Source: an uncultured Alphaproteobacteria bacterium (lineage in GTDB: Bacteria; Pseudomonadota; Alphaproteobacteria; Methylaequorales; Methylaequoraceae). Taken from it: a DNA stretch of 64,000 nucleotides. The position numbers were made by a program, and so were the translations under genes. Positions 39,156-49,236 of this stretch are shown here, in pieces. The DNA lies in assembly GCA_902579395.1 (NCBI GenBank), contig CACHGK010000006.1, positions 1,104 to 65,103 on the forward strand, given 5' to 3'. Positions within the stretch are counted from its first letter, which is position 1. Every line of letters starts with the position of its first letter. The notes under the pieces were generated by a model. The model was not told the DNA's origin and made no database searches. It was given only the letters and a program-made list of their open reading frames with translations.

Positions 39156-40163
39156 TCACTCTATAAGATGTTTTTCCATCAAAGCACACAACAATTTAAT
39201 ATGAGTTGGATCGTCATTCAGACAAGGCACTGTATAGAAATTTTTTCCTCCGTTTTCCATAAAACTTTCCTTTCCTTCCATCGATATTTCTTCTAATGTT
39301 TCCACACAATCAGATGCAAAACCCGGACAAATAACAAAAATATTTTTTTTTCCCTCTTTTGGTAAATTCTCTAATGTCTTATCTGTGTAGGGCTGTAACC
39401 ACTCATCTGGTCCAAACCTGGATTGAAACGTTGTTATTATTGGTATTTTAATTTTTAATTTTTCTTGCAACAATCGTGTGGTCTTGTGGCAATAGCAATG
39501 ATATGGGTCTCCTTTATCAAAATATTTTTTAGGTATTCCATGGTATGAAGCAACAATTACATCTGGTTTCCACGATACTTTTCTTAGTGCCTTATCTATG
39601 CTTTTTTTTAATGCTGAAATATAAAGTGGGTTTGATTCATAATGTGGTATTATTTGTAGACTTGGTTGCCATCTCATTGTCATTAAGCTTCTATATACTT
39701 CGTCACAGACAGTCGCTGTAGTTGCTGCAGCATATTGTGGATATAAAGGTAAAATAATCATGTTTTGACATCCCATACTTTGCATTTCTTCCATTTTCTT
39801 TTTTATGCTTGGGTTTCCGTATCTCATTGCATAATCGATAACTATATTTTTTTCTTTACTTAATTCTCTGATTTTTTGTGCTTGGCTAATTGTATAATGT
39901 CGAAGTGGTGAGGTGTTTTCTTTCTTTAGCCATATCTTTTTGTATGCCTTTGCTGTTTTGGATGGTCTAAAAGTTAAAATTATCAAATTTAGTATTATTT
40001 GCCATATTATCGGGTTGACTTCAATTACTCTTTTGTCGGATAAAAATTCTTTTAAATATCTTCTTATGTCTATCCATTTTGTCGAATCTGGCGTGCCTAA
40101 ATTTACTATTAAAAAGCCTGTCTTTTTTTTTGGCATCTTTGGGTGTTGATCAGGTAATTTCAT
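39156..40163 (-). CDS. hemH: Ferrochelatase
   Basis: GFLIVNLGTPDS, LPLYPQY and SYHGIP motifs. Confidence 0.92.
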   Translation of the reverse strand: MKLPDQHPKMPKKKTGFLIVNLGTPDSTKWIDIRRYLKEFLSDKRVIEVNPIIWQIILNLIILTFRPSKTAKAYKKIWLKKENTSPLRHYTISQAQKIRELSKEKNIVIDYAMRYGNPSIKKKMEEMQSMGCQNMIILPLYPQYAAATTATVCDEVYRSLMTMRWQPSLQIIPHYESNPLYISALKKSIDKALRKVSWKPDVIVASYHGIPKKYFDKGDPYHCYCHKTTRLLQEKLKIKIPIITTFQSRFGPDEWLQPYTDKTLENLPKEGKKNIFVICPGFASDCVETLEEISMEGKESFMENGGKNFYTVPCLNDDPTHIKLLCALMEKHLIE

Positions 40164-41151
40164 TTTTATCTATAATGGTTTTTACTTTATGCACATTATC
40201 TATTGGTGTTTCTGGAAGAACACCGTGTGACAGATTAAATATATGATTATTCTCTTTAAATTTTTTTAGTATTTCTTTTGTCTTGTTCTCTAAATTTTGT
40301 CCACCTCTAACCAAGTCTATTGGGTTTAAATTACCTTGTATAGTAATTTTTTTCTCTTTGGCTACATCTATTAATTTTTCTGGGAAATCATTATCAATGG
40401 CAATTACATCACAATAAACATCCTGAATAAAATTCATGTATTCTGATTTTGATCCTCTTGGGAAATGAATGATTTTCGTTTTTCTCGAATATTTCCTTAT
40501 ACTTTCACTGATTTCTTTATTTGGTTCTATAATGAATTTATAATATTCTTTTGCTTCTAGCAAACCTGCCCAAGATTCAAAAATTTTTACATAATCTACA
40601 CCATAGTCTATTTGCAATTTTAAGTATTCTATAGACATCTCTGTTATTATTCTAATTAAATTAATTGCTTCCTTTGCTTCTCTTTTTATAAAGGCTTTAA
40701 TTTTCTTGTGTTCCTTTGAGGATCCTCCCTCTATCATGTAATTCATTACCGTAAATGGTCCTCCACAAAATCCAATAAGTTTTTTTTCTTTCTTCTGTTG
40801 TCTTAAAATTGATACTGTTTCAAACACAGGAGACAGCTTCTGTAAATTTGCTCTTATATTTCTATAATCAAGGTCATGTATAGAAGATATTGGGTTTAAA
40901 AGAGGACCGTGATTTGGTTTAAATTGTACTTTTTGATTCAGTGCATGTGGTATAACTAAAATATCGCAAAAAAGAATTATAAAATCAAAATTAAACCTAA
41001 CAATAGGTTGCAAGGATATTTTTGCAGCAAGTTCCGGAGAGAAACAAAGATCAAGAAAATTCTTCTCTTTTTTTCTTATTTCTTTGTACTCAGGCAAATA
41101 CCTTCCTGCTTGCCTCATAAACCAGATAGGTGTCTTTTGTAACATATTCAT
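40150..41151 (-). CDS. hemE: Uroporphyrinogen decarboxylase
   Basis: PIWFMRQAGRYLPEY motif. 333 aa. Confidence 0.93.
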   Translation of the reverse strand: MNMLQKTPIWFMRQAGRYLPEYKEIRKKEKNFLDLCFSPELAAKISLQPIVRFNFDFIILFCDILVIPHALNQKVQFKPNHGPLLNPISSIHDLDYRNIRANLQKLSPVFETVSILRQQKKEKKLIGFCGGPFTVMNYMIEGGSSKEHKKIKAFIKREAKEAINLIRIITEMSIEYLKLQIDYGVDYVKIFESWAGLLEAKEYYKFIIEPNKEISESIRKYSRKTKIIHFPRGSKSEYMNFIQDVYCDVIAIDNDFPEKLIDVAKEKKITIQGNLNPIDLVRGGQNLENKTKEILKKFKENNHIFNLSHGVLPETPIDNVHKVKTIIDKNEIT

Positions 41152-41412
41152 CTACTATATATATATATATATATTTGTTGTTGTTGTTGTATAGATAATT
41201 ATGGTGATAAATTTTACTAACAGAATACTAACAAAAAAATGTTATAAAAACTTGGTAATAATATGTTAATTATTAGTCAAAAGACCTGAGAAGAAACGAG
41301 AAACATGTTGAAAAAAGAAAAAAGAAAATAAAGGATAAGGTGACAAAAAAAAAATCCACATTCTTAACATGTTAATAGAAAACAGAACAACTATAATAAC
41401 AAAAACGAACTT
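41152..41412. other. Candidate chromosomal replication origin (oriC) in the hemE/maf divergent spacer
   Basis: This is the largest non-coding gap in the core region, in the hemE-adjacent position conserved for alphaproteobacterial origins. It is extremely AT-rich, with (TA)n and (TTG)5 tracts and A-tracts. Only degenerate DnaA boxes are present: AAATCCACA at 41352-41360 (7/9) and TGGTGATAA at 41202-41210 (7/9). Confidence 0.4.
41156..41190. repeat. Microsatellites: a 19-nt TA-dinucleotide run followed by (TTG)5
   Basis: Read directly as tatatatatatatatatat ttgttgttgttgttgt. The tract begins 5 nt upstream of the hemE ATG. Confidence 0.9.
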
Positions 41413-42006
41413 ATGCTTAATCAAAAACCATTAACAAGTAATTATAAAATTATCCTAGCATCGTCAAGTAAGACCAGAATAGATTACTTGAAGAAATATA
41501 CAAAAAACTTTATTGTAGAAAAACACTTAATAGACGAGGATAAATTTAAAATTTCCATGCTAGAACCAGAAAAGCTTTCAAGTGATTTAGCAAAGCAAAA
41601 GGCGTTATCATTAAAAACAAAATATCCTAATGATATTATAATAGGATCAGATCAAGTCCTGGTTTGTGATAAAATAATTATTAGTAAACCAAAAACATTA
41701 AAGAAGGCAAAGGAAAACCTGCTTTTTTTGAAAAACAAAACACATAAATTGTACAGTTCAATTTATGTCATCAAGAGAGGAGAACAATTTTTTAGTCATT
41801 TGAAGGTAGCTAAAATCTTTTTCAAAAATGTATCAGATTCCATTCTTAATAAGTATATATCCAATAATAAAGAAACTGTTCTGTCAACAGTAGGGTCTTA
41901 CAAAATTGAAGAGAATAGTAAGTTCAACTTCATAAAAATTTTATCAGGCGATAGAGAGACTATACTAGGTTTCCCTTTGGAAGATTTTATTAAGAAATTA
42001 TCTTAA
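41413..42006 (+). CDS. maf: Maf-family nucleoside triphosphate pyrophosphatase
   Basis: ILASSSKTR and IIGSDQV motifs. 197 aa. Confidence 0.85.
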   Translation: MLNQKPLTSNYKIILASSSKTRIDYLKKYTKNFIVEKHLIDEDKFKISMLEPEKLSSDLAKQKALSLKTKYPNDIIIGSDQVLVCDKIIISKPKTLKKAKENLLFLKNKTHKLYSSIYVIKRGEQFFSHLKVAKIFFKNVSDSILNKYISNNKETVLSTVGSYKIEENSKFNFIKILSGDRETILGFPLEDFIKKLS

Positions 42007-42007
42007 A

Positions 42008-42832
42008 ATGAAAAAGTTATTTGTAATTGGGAACCCAATAAAACATTCAATGTCACCATTGATTCATAATTATTGGATAACAAAGTATTTATTAAATGCA
42101 GCTTATGAAAAAAAAGAAATCCTTGTAGAGCAATTACCAAAAATCATTGAAGACGTAAGGTTAGGAAAAATCAAAGGATTAAATGTTACCGTACCATTTA
42201 AAAAATTGGTTTTCGAGTTAGTAGATATAATTGATGATACAGCAAAAGAAAGCATGGCTGTAAATACAATATACAGAAAAAAAGGAAAAATCATCGGAAC
42301 TAATACCGATGGATTAGGCTTTCTTGAATCACTAATAAAAGATTTAGCTATTAAATTAAAACCAGGATCTAATATTTTTTGTATTGGCGCCGGTGGCGCG
42401 GCGTATGGAATTATATCTCAACTTATAAAATTAAAGCCCGATGTTGTTGAAATTTCAAATAGAACAGAAAAAACAGCAATAAAATTAAAAAACCATTTTT
42501 CCGATCATGACAAAACAATAATTAAAGTAAGACCTTGGGGATTTCAACCAAACAGGCATACCGATCTATTAGTAAATACCTCAACACATGGAATGAATCA
42601 TTCTGACAAACTGTCTTTTAATCTAGATTTGCTTTCGAAAAGAACTTTTGTTTATGACATAATTTATAGTCCTAGAAAGACAGAATTACTTAAGAAAGCA
42701 GACTCATTGGGTCTTAAAAATTCAAATGGCATATATATGTTGATAAGACAAGCAGCGCAATCTTTTAAAAAATGGTTCGATGTAGATTTAAACAAGGAAG
42801 ATATAATAAATGTAAAAAAACTACTTGGGTGA
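42008..42832 (+). CDS. aroE: Shikimate dehydrogenase AroE
   Basis: GNPIKHSMSP, NVTVPFK, NTDG and GAGGAA motifs. Confidence 0.9.
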   Translation: MKKLFVIGNPIKHSMSPLIHNYWITKYLLNAAYEKKEILVEQLPKIIEDVRLGKIKGLNVTVPFKKLVFELVDIIDDTAKESMAVNTIYRKKGKIIGTNTDGLGFLESLIKDLAIKLKPGSNIFCIGAGGAAYGIISQLIKLKPDVVEISNRTEKTAIKLKNHFSDHDKTIIKVRPWGFQPNRHTDLLVNTSTHGMNHSDKLSFNLDLLSKRTFVYDIIYSPRKTELLKKADSLGLKNSNGIYMLIRQAAQSFKKWFDVDLNKEDIINVKKLLG

Positions 42833-43445
42833 AATGATAAAAATTGCCATCACAGGAAATATAGGAACTGGAAAAACGACAGTCTCACAAATTATAAAGC
42901 TTTTGGGTTACAATGTTTTTGAATCTGATGAGGCTGTTAAGAGAATTTTTGAGAAAAAAGATATAATTCAAAAAATTAAAAAATTGTTTGGAACTTTGAA
43001 AACTGAATTATTTGATGATACTGGAAATATTGATAGATCAGAGTTGGGAAACCTTGTTTTTTCAAACAAGGAAAAGCTCGAGAAGTTAGAAAAGATAGTT
43101 CATCCAGAAATTTGGAAAATGCAAAAAAAATTCGTTTTTGATAATAGTGAAAATAGAGTTGTTTTTTTTGATATTCCGCTTTTATTTGAGAAAGGATTGC
43201 AAAAAAAGTATGATTATATTTTTTACACTTACGTCTCATATAAAATTCAGAAAAAAAGAGTTTTAGAGAGAAAAAATATGACTGAAGAAAAATTCCGAAA
43301 TATTATTAAAAACCAAATTAATTATAAAAATATAGACAAGTCAATGATCTCTTTAAAATTAAATACACAAAAGGATAAAAATAGAATAAGCGAGGAAATT
43401 AAGTCTTTTTTAATAAATCTTTTGGCGAAAAAAATTTTAAGATAG
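42825..43445 (+). CDS. coaE: Dephospho-CoA kinase CoaE
   Basis: P-loop ITGNIGTGKTTV and IPLLFE motif. Confidence 0.88.
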   Translation: MGEMIKIAITGNIGTGKTTVSQIIKLLGYNVFESDEAVKRIFEKKDIIQKIKKLFGTLKTELFDDTGNIDRSELGNLVFSNKEKLEKLEKIVHPEIWKMQKKFVFDNSENRVVFFDIPLLFEKGLQKKYDYIFYTYVSYKIQKKRVLERKNMTEEKFRNIIKNQINYKNIDKSMISLKLNTQKDKNRISEEIKSFLINLLAKKILR

Positions 43446-44430
43446 TAAAAAGAAATTCATACTTAGAGGAAATTTTGTTATCAATGAAATTTTTTTTGCA
43501 TTGGATCAAATCGTCTTTCATTTTTCTAATATCAATTTCTTTAAATTTTTCTATCTGATAAATAAATGAATCATGATATTTGAAAAAAATTGGAGGCTTT
43601 AATTCAGCCATTGATTGTTCAATGTTTTTTCCTTCTCGTAATTTGCCCTGAACAAAACTTAATTTGTAAAGATGTTCAAGTAGGTACCCCAGAAGTTTGA
43701 TGTTGTCATTACCGAAGTCAGTAAATTTGTTATACTCTTTGAAAAATGAAAGACTATCCCCTATAACAATGTCGTTTATGAATTTTATGTTATCAATTTC
43801 TAAAGAATCGGAAATAAAATTGGAAAGACTTACATTACTATGATCCTTCGGCGACATTTTTAAAAGTATTAATATTTTTTCTATTTCATTCTTTATCTCA
43901 ATTCTATCATTAGGAAGTTTATTAGAAATAATTTCAATCTGATCTAATTCAATATGAATTTTCTCTTTGCCAAATAATTTTTCAATTAACAATTTTTTTT
44001 CTTTTTTTGTTTCTTCATAACAAGGAATAATTAAGCAATTTTCTTCTTTTTCAAAAAATGATCTTATTATAGAGTTTTTTGGCAATTGCTCTGATCTAAT
44101 AACAACACTGACATTAAAAATATTTTGCTGAGAAAAACAGCTAATAATTTCTTTACTTAATCTCTCATCACTGAGATAAATTGAAAGTAAAGTATGATCA
44201 CCAAAGATATTTGGTGTTTGATAAGTTGTAAATAGTTCGAGTAATCTCCCCTTTTTTAACTCCTCAGAATGAAGATTTAGCACATCTAGTTTCTTTTTCT
44301 CTCTATAGTAATTAACTACTTTTTCTTGGCATTCGTTTACCTTTCCAATATTTGGACCATGGAATAAAAAATATTTGTTTTTGTTTTCCTTTAAAAGAAA
44401 GTTATCAAGACTATCAAATTTAATAATCAT
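43399..44430 (-). CDS. holA: DNA polymerase III delta subunit HolA
   Basis: 343 aa in the leuS-lptE-holA synteny. The N-terminal YFLFHGPN pattern resembles the delta subunit. The sequence is divergent. Confidence 0.65.
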   Translation of the reverse strand: MIIKFDSLDNFLLKENKNKYFLFHGPNIGKVNECQEKVVNYYREKKKLDVLNLHSEELKKGRLLELFTTYQTPNIFGDHTLLSIYLSDERLSKEIISCFSQQNIFNVSVVIRSEQLPKNSIIRSFFEKEENCLIIPCYEETKKEKKLLIEKLFGKEKIHIELDQIEIISNKLPNDRIEIKNEIEKILILLKMSPKDHSNVSLSNFISDSLEIDNIKFINDIVIGDSLSFFKEYNKFTDFGNDNIKLLGYLLEHLYKLSFVQGKLREGKNIEQSMAELKPPIFFKYHDSFIYQIEKFKEIDIRKMKDDLIQCKKNFIDNKISSKYEFLFTILKFFSPKDLLKKT

Positions 44431-44921
44431 GGAAGAACTGATCTTCCAAAAGAACCAGCAAGGATTAAATCAGCAATGTCATTTGACAGAGATTTGATTA
44501 ATTTATTTGACGCATCTTCAAGAGACAATATGTTAGCGTAATTATTTGTTGTGTAGTTAAAGCTAGCACTATTTTTTAGGTTACCTGATGTTAATTCTCC
44601 TTTTCTATCTTTAAAAGAATATATAGCATGAATTTGGAGGCTTCTGGCATATGAATTTAGGTCTTTATTTATTCCAAGATTTGAAATATCTTTATTGATA
44701 GAAATTATTAATTTTAAGCTGGATTTTTTAGAGCCTTTGATGTTCAGTCTTTTGTTTAAATACGCTTTCATCATTGACACGTTATTTTCGTAATTCTCTT
44801 CAGATTTTACTATTATTTTTATTTTATTAGGGTAAAAATTATTGGATTCTTTATAAAGTGGCTTATAAGCGCACGAGGTTAGAGTAAGAAGTAAAATTAG
44901 ATAAAAAGTTTTAATTTTCAT
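44427..44921 (-). CDS. lptE: LPS-assembly lipoprotein LptE
   Basis: Lipobox LTLTSCAY, 164 aa, and the conserved position between leuS and holA. Confidence 0.65.
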   Translation of the reverse strand: MKIKTFYLILLLTLTSCAYKPLYKESNNFYPNKIKIIVKSEENYENNVSMMKAYLNKRLNIKGSKKSSLKLIISINKDISNLGINKDLNSYARSLQIHAIYSFKDRKGELTSGNLKNSASFNYTTNNYANILSLEDASNKLIKSLSNDIADLILAGSFGRSVLP

Positions 44922-47443
44922 ATCACAAAGTTGATTATTTTGTTCGGAACATATATTACTTTTTTTACTATTAATTTATTTATATCATCTTTGATTAAAT
45001 TTTTTTTTATTCTTTTAATTAATTCATCTTTATCAATATCTTTTGATGTCTCAATTATTGATTTTTTCTTTCCATTAAATTGTACCACAATCTTAACTAT
45101 TTCTTCTTCAACGTAATCCATGTTAGTTCTTGGCCACTTAAGCTCATCTAAAAGTCCCTTAAATCCTGATAAACTTGCAAGTTCTTGGGCATAATGTGGA
45201 ATTATAATATAAATTAATCTTAAATAGATTGACCACGAGAAATGAAAAATAGTTGGTTCCATTTTTGATTTTAACAATTTATTAGACAGTTCTCGTAATT
45301 TTGCAACGGCAGAATTAAACCTATAGTTTTTTATGTCAAGAGTATACTTATCAATAGTTCTATTTGTAAAATTGTAAATTTCTCTTTCTTCTGAACTCAA
45401 TTTATCTAAATCTTTAAAATTCTCTGTAAAGATTAGCTTATTCGACAAAAAGGAAAAAATTTTTTCTAGGTATTTATGCGTAGCTCTAATTCCGTCAATG
45501 GACCATTCAAGATCTCTTTCAGGAGGAGAGTCAGAGATCATAAATAGTCTAGCAGTATCCGCACCAAATTTTGAAATTATTAAATCAGGATCTACAACAT
45601 TTTTCTTTGATTTACTCATTTTTTCTGACCTACCCTTGATTACTTCAACGGTTTTGTTGCCTGATTTAATTAAAAATTTATTGTTTTTCTCAAATACTTT
45701 TGATGGTTCGATCCATTTATTATCCTTTGTCTTGAAAGTTTCATGACAAACCATTCCTTGTGTAATAAGTTTTGAAAAGGGTTCTTTTGGGACTTTATAA
45801 CCACATTCTTTCAACGCCCTGGAAAAAAATCTTGAATAAAGCAGGTGAAGAATTGCATGTTCTATCCCACCAATATAATGATCTACTGGCATCCAATATG
45901 ACACTTCTTTTTCGTTGAAAGGTTCCTTTTCATAATTTGGTGAACAAAATCTAAGATAATACCAAGATGAATCAAAAAAAGTATCTAGTGTGTCTGTTTC
46001 TCTTATGGCATTTAATCCAGTCGCTCTACATTTTGTAAATTTCCATTTTTTGTGAGAATCCAAGGGATTACCTGATATTGAAAAATCTGGATCTTCTGGG
46101 AGTTCAACAGGAAGTTGATTTTTATCAACAGATAAAATTTTTCCATCTTCTCTATAAATTATTGGAATAGGGCAACCCCAATATCTTTGTCTGGAGACAC
46201 CCCAATCTTTCAATTTAAATTTTGATGATTCAGATCCTAATTTTTCATCTGTAATTTTTTTTATAATCAAATTTTTTGCTGCTCCGATATTACTTCCATT
46301 TAAAAAACTTGAATTAACAAGCGTGTCATTTTCTTTAAAGTTATAATATGGTAATTCCTTTTCCTTATTTTTTATAATACAATCAATATTTAAATTATAT
46401 TTTTTGGCAAATGCAAAGTCTCTCTCATCATGAGCAGGGCAACCAAAAACAGCTCCGTTTCCGTAGTTTATTAGAACGTAGTTTGAAAAAAATACAGGCA
46501 ATTTTTTGCCTGTCAATAAAGGATGTTGAACGTGCATCTTAGTATCGAAACCAAGTTTCTCATTTACAAAATCTTTTTTTTCTTGAAGTTTAAGACATTT
46601 ATCCCTAAAAATTTGGAATTCTCGGTCTTTTGTGAAATTTTTTGCTAGATCGTGTTCTACTGACAACGCTATAAAACTAGCACCAAATAAAGTCTCTGGT
46701 TTGGTCGTGAACACATTTATTGTTGATTTTGAATTAAGTAATTTGAATTTTATTTCTGCCCCTTTTGATAATCCAATCCAATTACTTTGCATTAATTTTA
46801 CTTTATCAGGCCAATTATTTAGCTCACCAAGATCTTTAAGGAGTTCATTTGAATATTTAGAAATATTTAAAAACCATTGAGACAATTTTTTTTTTTCTAC
46901 AGTTGCCCCAGATCGCCAACCCTTTCCGTCTATAACTTGTTCGTTCGCAAGAACAGTTTTATCTTCGGGATCCCAGTTTACAAAACTATCTTTTTTATAA
47001 ACAAGACCTTTTTCATAAAAATCAATAAAAATTTGTTGTTGATGCTTGTAGTAATTTTTGTTGCATGTAGATATTTCTCTATTCCAGTCAATTGATAGCC
47101 CGATTTTTTTTAATTGTGACCTCATATGTTTTATGTTTTCTTCGGTCCATTTTTTTGGACTAATTTTATTCTCAATTGCCGCGTTTTCTGCGGGCATTCC
47201 AAAGCTATCCCAACCCATAGGATGTAAGACATTAAAATCCAACAATTTATAGAATCTAGAAACTACATCTCCAATAGTATAATTTCTCAAATGTCCCATA
47301 TGAATGTTTCCTGATGGATAAGGAAACATTTCTAAAACGTAGAATTTCTTTTTCTTTGAATTTATTTCAGATTTATGAGATTGTTTTTCACTCCAAATTT
47401 TTTGCCATTTACATTCAATTTTTGTTGGATTGTAATAATTCAT
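44918..47443 (-). CDS. leuS: Leucyl-tRNA synthetase
   Basis: HMGH (HIGH-type) and KMSKS motifs. 841 aa. Confidence 0.96.
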   Translation of the reverse strand: MNYYNPTKIECKWQKIWSEKQSHKSEINSKKKKFYVLEMFPYPSGNIHMGHLRNYTIGDVVSRFYKLLDFNVLHPMGWDSFGMPAENAAIENKISPKKWTEENIKHMRSQLKKIGLSIDWNREISTCNKNYYKHQQQIFIDFYEKGLVYKKDSFVNWDPEDKTVLANEQVIDGKGWRSGATVEKKKLSQWFLNISKYSNELLKDLGELNNWPDKVKLMQSNWIGLSKGAEIKFKLLNSKSTINVFTTKPETLFGASFIALSVEHDLAKNFTKDREFQIFRDKCLKLQEKKDFVNEKLGFDTKMHVQHPLLTGKKLPVFFSNYVLINYGNGAVFGCPAHDERDFAFAKKYNLNIDCIIKNKEKELPYYNFKENDTLVNSSFLNGSNIGAAKNLIIKKITDEKLGSESSKFKLKDWGVSRQRYWGCPIPIIYREDGKILSVDKNQLPVELPEDPDFSISGNPLDSHKKWKFTKCRATGLNAIRETDTLDTFFDSSWYYLRFCSPNYEKEPFNEKEVSYWMPVDHYIGGIEHAILHLLYSRFFSRALKECGYKVPKEPFSKLITQGMVCHETFKTKDNKWIEPSKVFEKNNKFLIKSGNKTVEVIKGRSEKMSKSKKNVVDPDLIISKFGADTARLFMISDSPPERDLEWSIDGIRATHKYLEKIFSFLSNKLIFTENFKDLDKLSSEEREIYNFTNRTIDKYTLDIKNYRFNSAVAKLRELSNKLLKSKMEPTIFHFSWSIYLRLIYIIIPHYAQELASLSGFKGLLDELKWPRTNMDYVEEEIVKIVVQFNGKKKSIIETSKDIDKDELIKRIKKNLIKDDINKLIVKKVIYVPNKIINFVI

Positions 47444-48024
47444 TATCTTTCTTTAAAATTGTTAATGCCACCAAAGCCATGAACTGTTTTATTTTTCGTA
47501 AAATTAAAATTTTTATAATTTACACCACCTAAAGCAAAAATCATCTTTTCTTTAAAAAAAAAACAAAGCGATGTATAAGTATATCTTGTTAAAGGAATTT
47601 TATTAACATAAGATTTAGTTTTAAATACAGGTGTTAAAAACACAAGATCTACAAATTTTTTTATATTTATTGCTTCTTTAAAGTCATGAACTCTAGAAAC
47701 AATAAAAAATTTTTTTCGAATGAAACCCTCTTTTAAACTATTAATTTTTTTACATTTTGAATCAACCATAATTCCAAATGCTTGATATTTGATGGCCCAA
47801 TATGTAGAGTAAGGAATTATAAATTTGATGTTATTTTTTCTACACCAAAAAATATAAGGTTGGATAAGTCTAAAAAACTCTCCTTTCTTTTTATCCTCTA
47901 AAAGAAATACCACCCCATCTTTATTTGATATTTTGTAGAAAAATTTATGATTTGAAATTATTGTTGGGTTAAAAAAAAACCATTTTTTTGGAATTACTAA
48001 ATGTTTTTTAAAAGTTAAGCTCAT
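47443..48024 (-). CDS. Divergent TMP-TenI/ThiE-fold (thiamine-phosphate synthase-like) protein
   Basis: [10 protein letters not shown] resembles the ThiE SP(I/V)F.T.(T/S)K motif, and ALGGVN...GFGGI resembles the C-terminal phosphate-binding GGI. Otherwise similarity is weak. Confidence 0.4.
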   Translation of the reverse strand: MSLTFKKHLVIPKKWFFFNPTIISNHKFFYKISNKDGVVFLLEDKKKGEFFRLIQPYIFWCRKNNIKFIIPYSTYWAIKYQAFGIMVDSKCKKINSLKEGFIRKKFFIVSRVHDFKEAINIKKFVDLVFLTPVFKTKSYVNKIPLTRYTYTSLCFFFKEKMIFALGGVNYKNFNFTKNKTVHGFGGINNFKER

Positions 48025-48028
48025 ATCT

Positions 48029-48700
48029 ATGAATAAAATAGTAACAAATTATAGAGAAATTATAAGACAAATAGATTTAATAGATAAAAAATCTATAAAG
48101 TCTAATCTTTTGCCTCGATTAATTGCAGTTTCCAAAACTTTTCCAATAGAGGATATTCAGGTTTTAATTAACGAGGGCCATGTAATATTTGGGGAAAATA
48201 AAGTTCAGGAAGCAGATCAAAAATGGAGTGTGTTAAGAACAAAAAATGAAAATATTGAACTTCATCTAATTGGTCCTCTTCAATCGAATAAGGTAAAGCA
48301 AGCATTAAATGTTTTTGATGTTATCCAAACATTGGATAGAGAAAAAATTGCACTAAAAATTTCCCGACTTTTTAACGACAAGTTGGATATTAAATCAAAA
48401 AAATTCTTTGTCCAAGTAAATATTGGTAATGAAAGTCAAAAAAGTGGAGTTGAAGTTAAACAAACAAAAAAATTCGTTAATTGGTGTATTAATGATTTAA
48501 ATTTAAATGTTATAGGGTTAATGTGTATACCGCCTTTCAATCTAGATTCAGAACCTTTTTTCAAATCAATGAAAAGATTATGTAATGAATCTAATTTAGA
48601 ACATTTAAGTATGGGTATGAGTGAGGATTATGTTAGTGCCCTCGAGAATGGCGCTACCTATATAAGGGTAGGCTCTGGAATTTTTGGAAAAAGAAATTAA
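48029..48700 (+). CDS. yggS: PLP-homeostasis protein YggS
   Basis: LIAVSKTFP (PLP Lys), HLIGPLQSNK and YIRVGSGIFG motifs. Confidence 0.88.
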   Translation: MNKIVTNYREIIRQIDLIDKKSIKSNLLPRLIAVSKTFPIEDIQVLINEGHVIFGENKVQEADQKWSVLRTKNENIELHLIGPLQSNKVKQALNVFDVIQTLDREKIALKISRLFNDKLDIKSKKFFVQVNIGNESQKSGVEVKQTKKFVNWCINDLNLNVIGLMCIPPFNLDSEPFFKSMKRLCNESNLEHLSMGMSEDYVSALENGATYIRVGSGIFGKRN

Positions 48701-49236
48701 TAAACTATTAATCTTGATATTGGACTAATTAATTTCAAAATATCAGTAAAGTATTTTTTTTTAAATGCAATACATCCCTCGGTGAATTCTGTAGAGTTGT
48801 CAGAGCAGTGTATAAATATTGCACTGCCTTTATACCTTGATATTGGACTAACATTAAAATCACATGAGATAATAATATCATAAAGATCATCTTTTCTGTA
48901 TAAATGTTCGTAAAGTAGATTATTTGCTTTTTCACAAAAAGAATTATAACGTTTAGCTTTGGAGTCAGCACACCAAAAAGAGTTTTTATTTATTTTCTGT
49001 GACGGTATGCTAGTCTTTGGAATATCAACCTTATCTTCTCTGTAAAATATTTTGAGTAATTTGAATTCACCTTTTGGAGTAATTTTATCTCCTTCTCTGG
49101 TTTTTCTCCCAATTCCATTCTCACCTACAAAACAATTTATGCTATTACCCTTGTATTTCAAAGAAGCTATATTTTTTTTTTTTGTTTTAAAAATGTATAG
49201 ATTTGTCACTATAAAAGGATATGACAAAAATGCCAA
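48697..49236 (-). CDS. L,D-transpeptidase-fold (YkuD-like) protein
   Basis: GSAIFIHCSDNSTEFTEGCIAF resembles the H...(S/T).GC(I/V) catalytic motif of L,D-transpeptidases. Confidence 0.5.
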   Translation of the reverse strand: MAFLSYPFIVTNLYIFKTKKKNIASLKYKGNSINCFVGENGIGRKTREGDKITPKGEFKLLKIFYREDKVDIPKTSIPSQKINKNSFWCADSKAKRYNSFCEKANNLLYEHLYRKDDLYDIIISCDFNVSPISRYKGSAIFIHCSDNSTEFTEGCIAFKKKYFTDILKLISPISRLIVY

